Part shown: one piece after another, positions 59,843 to 64,000 of the stretch
Layout: each line of letters opens with the position of its first letter
Position numbering within the stretch: the stretch's first letter is position 1
Source of the DNA: an uncultured Bordetella sp.
Lineage (GTDB): Bacteria > Pseudomonadota > Gammaproteobacteria > Burkholderiales > SG8-39
Direction of reading: 5' to 3'
NCBI GenBank assembly: GCA_964564865.1
Contig: CAZMDA010000010.1
Coordinates: forward strand, 10,360-74,359
Length of the DNA stretch: 64,000 bases
Made by a program: the position numbers and the translations under genes
The notes under the pieces: model-generated
What the model saw: the letters and a program-made list of their open reading frames with translations, nothing else
Database searches by the model: none
Told to the model about the DNA's origin: nothing

Positions 59843-60142
59843 ATGTCCCTGACGCTCGAGCAAGTCCAGCGCATCGCGCATCTCGCGCGCATCGCGGTCA
59901 GCCCGGAGGAGATCCAGGGCGTGATGGAGCGCCTGAACCGCGTCCTGGTGCTGATCGACCAGCTGCAATCGGTGGACACCACCGGCATCGAGCCCATGGC
60001 GCATGCGCTGGATGCCGAAACCGGAGTCGTCCAGCGGCGACGGGCCGACGCGGTCACCGAACCGGACCGGCGGGACCAGTTCCAGGCGCGCGCGCCGGCC
60101 GCCGAGGCCGGCCTCTACCTGGTGCCGAAAGTGATCGAGTAG
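59843..60142 (+). CDS. gatC: Asp-tRNA(Asn)/Glu-tRNA(Gln) amidotransferase subunit C
   Basis: MSLTLEQVQRIAHLARIAVSPEE... typical GatC. Lies upstream of gatA. Confidence 0.9.
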   Translation: MSLTLEQVQRIAHLARIAVSPEEIQGVMERLNRVLVLIDQLQSVDTTGIEPMAHALDAETGVVQRRRADAVTEPDRRDQFQARAPAAEAGLYLVPKVIE

Positions 60143-61603
60143 GTGCTCAACGCCACGCTCACGGAGTTGTCCGCGGCGCTCGCGGGGAAGCAGCTGTCCT
60201 CGGTCGAGCTGACAACCGCTTTCCTCAATAGAATCAAGCAGCTGAATCCGCGCCTGAACGCCTTCATCACGGTTGACGAGGCGCGCAGCCTGGCCGATGC
60301 GAAGGCCTCCGATGCGCGGCGCGCCAAGGCGGCCTCCGGCCCGCTGGAAGGCATCCCGATCGCCCACAAGGACATCTTCTGCACCCGGGACCTGCGCACC
60401 ACCTGCGGCTCGCGGATGCTCGCGGACTTCGACAGTCCCTACGACGCCCATGTCATCGAGCGCTTCGCGGCCGCCGGGGCGGTGATGCTGGGCAAGACCA
60501 ACATGGACGAGTTCGCCATGGGCTCGTCCAACGAGACCTCGTGGTTCGGGCCGGTGCGCAATCCCTGGGACACCGGCCTCGTTCCGGGCGGCTCCTCCGG
60601 GGGCTCGGCCGCCGCGGTGGCCGGGCGCCTCGCGCCGGCGGCCACCGGCACCGACACCGGCGGCTCGATCCGGCAGCCCGCCGCGCTGACCGGCACCTGC
60701 GGCCTCAAGCCCACCTACGGGGTGGTGTCGCGCTTCGGCATGATCGCGTTCGCCTCGTCGCTGGACCAGGGCGGGCCGATCGCCAAGAGCGCGGCCGACC
60801 TGGCGCTGCTGATGAACGCGATGGCGGGGTTCGACGCGCGCGATTCCACCAGCCTGGACCGTCCCGCCGAGGACTACGGACGCGAGCTCAACCTGGAACT
60901 GAAGGGCCTGCGCATCGGCCTGCCGCAGGAGTACTTCGGCGACGGCCTGCAGCCGGAAGTGCGCGCGCGCGTGGAGGAGGCGGTGCGCTGGTTCGAGTCG
61001 CAGGGCGCGAAGACCGTCCGGATCGCGCTGCCCAACACCGGGCTCGCGGTGCCGGTGTACTACGTGATCGCGCCGGCGGAGGCCTCCTCCAACCTGTCGC
61101 GCTTCGACGGGGTGCGCTACGGCCACCGCGCCAAGGACTATGCCGACCTCGCGGACATGTACCGGCGCACGCGCGCCGAGGGTTTCGGCGCCGAGGTCAA
61201 GCGCCGCATCCTGATCGGCACCTACGTGCTGTCGCACGGCTACTACGACGCCTACTACCTGCAGGCGCAGAAGATCCGCCGCCTGATCGCGCGCGACTTC
61301 GCCCAGGCCTTCGGCCAGTGCGACCTGGTGATGGGGCCGACCTCGCCCACCACCGCGTTCGCGCTCGGCGCCAAGGCCGACGACCCGGTGCAGATGTACC
61401 TGAACGACATTTTCACGATACCGGCGCCGCTCGCGGGCCTGCCGGGGCTGTCGATCCCCTGCGGCTTCGACGCCGCCGGCCTGCCGGTGGGCCTGCAGAT
61501 CATGGGCAACTACTTCGCGGAGGCGAGGATGCTGGGCGCCGCGCACCGCTACCAGCAGGCCACCGACTGGCACCTGCGCGTGCCCGCGGGGACGCCGCTG
61601 TGA
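60143..61603 (+). CDS. gatA: Asp-tRNA(Asn)/Glu-tRNA(Gln) amidotransferase subunit A
   Basis: AS-family motifs ([24 protein letters not shown]) and IAHKDIF. GTG start directly after the gatC stop. Confidence 0.95.
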   Translation: MLNATLTELSAALAGKQLSSVELTTAFLNRIKQLNPRLNAFITVDEARSLADAKASDARRAKAASGPLEGIPIAHKDIFCTRDLRTTCGSRMLADFDSPYDAHVIERFAAAGAVMLGKTNMDEFAMGSSNETSWFGPVRNPWDTGLVPGGSSGGSAAAVAGRLAPAATGTDTGGSIRQPAALTGTCGLKPTYGVVSRFGMIAFASSLDQGGPIAKSAADLALLMNAMAGFDARDSTSLDRPAEDYGRELNLELKGLRIGLPQEYFGDGLQPEVRARVEEAVRWFESQGAKTVRIALPNTGLAVPVYYVIAPAEASSNLSRFDGVRYGHRAKDYADLADMYRRTRAEGFGAEVKRRILIGTYVLSHGYYDAYYLQAQKIRRLIARDFAQAFGQCDLVMGPTSPTTAFALGAKADDPVQMYLNDIFTIPAPLAGLPGLSIPCGFDAAGLPVGLQIMGNYFAEARMLGAAHRYQQATDWHLRVPAGTPL

Positions 61604-62322
61604 GGGCGCTGCTCGTGCTGCTCGCGTTCGCCATGCCGGCGGCCGCGCAGCAGGATACCGCCACCGTGGAGCTGATCGGCCAGCTGGGCAGCCGCGCCGC
61701 GGTCATGAACCTCTACACCAGCGCCCAGCCCGACGGCTCGGCGCGCATCACCGGCGACTACCTGCTGCTGCCGACGCTGCAGATGCGCTACCTCGCCGGC
61801 GAGCGCAGCCGCCAGCTGGGCGTGATGCTCCTCAACGAGGGCAACACCCCCATCCTCTACGGCCGCCCGCCGGAGGCCACGCTGCAGGGCACCTGGTCGG
61901 GCGGCGTGTTCAGGGGCAACCGCTTCGGGCCCGCCGGGCAGCTGCGCGAGCGCTTCGAGTTCAGCGAGCGCTTCCCGACCATGGACCAGTACTCGGCCAG
62001 CGTGCGCTGCGAACTCGCCGAGGGGCGCTATGCCTCGGCGCTGGCCTACGCGGTGGAGGGCGGCAAGCTGAAGCACTTCGAATGGCGCTCGCGGGTCTCG
62101 CCGGGCGAGCATCCATGCGCGGTATCGGGGCTGGAGCAGCGGCCGCACAACGGGGGCCTGCGCTTCGGCGCCGGCAGGTGCTCGGTGACGTTGCGCGACC
62201 TGGGCGAGTACGTGCGCGTCGTCGCCGAGGGTTGTGCCGAGTCCTGCGGCTCGCAGGGCTACCTGGAGCCGGTGCTGGTGGACCGGCGCGGCAACTGCCA
62301 CCTGATGCGCCCGCAGCGGTGA
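61600..62322 (+). CDS. hypothetical secreted Cys-containing protein encoded between gatA and gatB
   Basis: The GTG at 61600 overlaps the gatA stop (GTGA). Signal peptide ([17 protein letters not shown]). Six Cys in the C-terminal half. Ends 5 nt before the gatB ATG. Host-like GC. No family recognised. Confidence 0.55.
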   Translation: MRALLVLLAFAMPAAAQQDTATVELIGQLGSRAAVMNLYTSAQPDGSARITGDYLLLPTLQMRYLAGERSRQLGVMLLNEGNTPILYGRPPEATLQGTWSGGVFRGNRFGPAGQLRERFEFSERFPTMDQYSASVRCELAEGRYASALAYAVEGGKLKHFEWRSRVSPGEHPCAVSGLEQRPHNGGLRFGAGRCSVTLRDLGEYVRVVAEGCAESCGSQGYLEPVLVDRRGNCHLMRPQR

Positions 62323-62327
62323 CGGCG

Positions 62328-63830
62328 ATGGCCTGGGAAATCGTCGTCGGCATCGAGACCCACGCGCAGCTCGCCACGAAGAGCAAGATCTTCTCGGGCG
62401 CCGCGACCGCGTTCGGCGCGCCGCCCAACACCCAGGCCTCGGCGGTGGACATCGCGCTGCCGGGGGTGCTGCCGGTGTTGAACGGCCGCGTGGTGGAGCT
62501 GGCGATCCGCTTCGGCCTGGCGATCGGCGCGACCATCGCGCCGCGCTCGGTGTTCGCGCGCAAGAACTACTTCTACCCGGACCTGCCCAAGGGCTACCAG
62601 ATCAGCCAGTACGAGCTGCCGGTGGTGCAGGGCGGCGCGCTGGAGATCGTGCTGCCGGAGGGGCCGAAGACCGTGCGCATCACGCGCGCGCACCTGGAAG
62701 AGGATGCCGGCAAGTCCCTTCACGAAGACTTTCATGGCATGTCCGGCATCGACCTCAACCGCGCCGGCACGCCGCTGCTGGAGATCGTCACCGAGCCCGA
62801 CCTGCGCGGCGCCAGGGAGGCGGTCGCCTACGCGCGCGCGCTGCACGCGCTGGTGCGCTGGATCGAGATCTGCGACGGCAACATGCAGGAAGGCTCGTTC
62901 CGCTGCGACGCCAACGTCTCGGTGCGCAGGGCGGGCGACGACCGGCTGGGCACGCGCTGCGAGATCAAGAACCTGAACTCGTTCCGCTTCATGGAGAAGG
63001 CGATCGAGTTCGAGGCGCGGCGGCAGATCGAGCTGCTGGAGGACGGCGGCCGCGTCGTGCAGGAGACGCGGCTGTACGACCCGGACAAGGACGAGACCCG
63101 CTCCATGCGCTCCAAGGAGGACGCGCAGGACTACCGCTACTTCCCGGACCCGGACCTGCTGCCGCTGGTGATCCCGCCGGCGGAGGTGGAGGCGATCCGC
63201 GCCGGGATGCCGGAGTTGCCTGGCGCAATGAAGCTGCGGTTCATGCATTCCTATGGCGTCGGCGACTACGAAGCAAGCCTCCTGACATCGTCAAAGGGGA
63301 TGGCGGGATTCTTCGAGGATTCGACAAGGCGGCTACTGGAACTGAACCCGCTGCGCCTGCCTGACACCGAGTCTGGTCGGCATGAAGCTCGAAGGATGTA
63401 TGGAAGTGCAATCGCGAAGGGGATCGCGGGAATTCTGGCGGCGCAACTGAACCGCGATGGTCTCGAGATCGAGAGTTCGAAAGTTACCGCCGAACAGTTT
63501 GCGTCTTTGCATGCGCGCCATATAGACAACACGCTGAGCGCAAAATCTGCCCGTGATGTGTTTCAGGTCCTCTGGGAATCGGGGTCGGGCCTGGAAGAGG
63601 ACGTCGACAAGACAATCGAAAGCAAGGGATTGCGGCAGGTATCTGACGCCGGTGCGATCGAAAAGCTGGTGGACGAAGTGTTGGCAGCGAACGCAAAGCA
63701 GGTGGAGGACTTCCGCGCCGGCAAGGAAAAGGCGTTCAATTCCCTGGTCGGCCAAGTCATGAAGCAGAGCAAGGGGAAAGCGAACCCTGCGCAAGTGAAC
63801 GAGGTCCTGCGCCGCAAGCTGAAAGGCTAG
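62328..63830 (+). CDS. gatB: Asp-tRNA(Asn)/Glu-tRNA(Gln) amidotransferase subunit B
   Basis: [24 protein letters not shown] and FRCDANVSV motifs. YqeY-like tail ...[24 protein letters not shown] at 62328. Confidence 0.93.
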   Translation: MAWEIVVGIETHAQLATKSKIFSGAATAFGAPPNTQASAVDIALPGVLPVLNGRVVELAIRFGLAIGATIAPRSVFARKNYFYPDLPKGYQISQYELPVVQGGALEIVLPEGPKTVRITRAHLEEDAGKSLHEDFHGMSGIDLNRAGTPLLEIVTEPDLRGAREAVAYARALHALVRWIEICDGNMQEGSFRCDANVSVRRAGDDRLGTRCEIKNLNSFRFMEKAIEFEARRQIELLEDGGRVVQETRLYDPDKDETRSMRSKEDAQDYRYFPDPDLLPLVIPPAEVEAIRAGMPELPGAMKLRFMHSYGVGDYEASLLTSSKGMAGFFEDSTRRLLELNPLRLPDTESGRHEARRMYGSAIAKGIAGILAAQLNRDGLEIESSKVTAEQFASLHARHIDNTLSAKSARDVFQVLWESGSGLEEDVDKTIESKGLRQVSDAGAIEKLVDEVLAANAKQVEDFRAGKEKAFNSLVGQVMKQSKGKANPAQVNEVLRRKLKG

Positions 63831-63867
63831 TAACATTCGCCAGCTGACCTCAGTTGTGGAGGATGCG

Positions 63868-64000
63868 ATGGATCAGGCTATCGTCCTGAAGCGAAGCGAG
63901 AAACAGCGCCTCGCGCGCCTGGCGCGGGAGGCCGATTGCGGCGTTGACGAGATCCTGCGGGACGTCCTGCGCGACGGGTTCGACTACACGGAATACAAGG
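63868..64000 (+). CDS. partial ORF, ribbon-helix-helix-like N-terminus (possible antitoxin/CopG-type), truncated by window end
   Basis: My own translation from the ATG at 63868: MDQAIVLKRSEKQRLARLAREADCGVDEILRDVLRDGFDYTEYK. Beta-strand then helix-turn-helix pattern as in RHH proteins. Not in the ORF track because no stop lies within the window. Confidence 0.35.
   Translation, partial: MDQAIVLKRSEKQRLARLAREADCGVDEILRDVLRDGFDYTEYK

Overview
Densely coding chromosomal segment with very high G+C (hand counts of 60-nt lines give about 70-78% in core regions). Gene content and order look betaproteobacterial (inference). Housekeeping blocks: hemL-thiE-thiD, rubredoxin, yqgE-ruvX-pyrR-pyrB-pyrC', rlpA-dacC-like-dat-ybeD-lipB-lipA, polA, LOG-DUF2782-thrB, DUF971-ubiE-Tim44-ubiJ-ubiB, a NodIJ-like ABC exporter, hemJ, pilU-pilT divergent from yggS-proC-yggT, aceA, mreBCD-mrdA-rodA and gatC-gatA-(extra ORF)-gatB. 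I saw no rRNA, tRNA, CRISPR array, transposase or integrase. Accessory content: (1) a lower-GC catabolic module at 1-3990 (TauD-like dioxygenase, TctC, alpha/beta hydrolase, GntR). (2) A histidine kinase followed by a Ser/Thr kinase fused to two receiver domains. (3) A six-gene cluster at 20929-27504 bracketed by an identical 38-nt direct repeat with a 22-nt perfect palindrome; it holds a LysR regulator with two tandem HTH domains, an isochorismatase-type hydrolase, a 3-hydroxyanthranilate-dioxygenase homologue, an AS-amidase, a metallo-amidohydrolase and TctC. (4) The main candidate for an undescribed system: a roughly 2-kb AT-rich islet (about 43-50% GC) between hemJ and a THUMP methyltransferase. 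It encodes only an ORC/Cdc6- or STAND-like P-loop ATPase with a winged-helix tail plus a small single-pass membrane protein, an architecture typical of anti-phage/abortive-infection modules, and I cannot match it to a named system. (5) The 3' end of gatB drops in GC and is followed by a partial RHH-like gene, suggesting another island begins at the window edge. Many long ORFs in the six-frame track are GC-driven shadow frames and were rejected.
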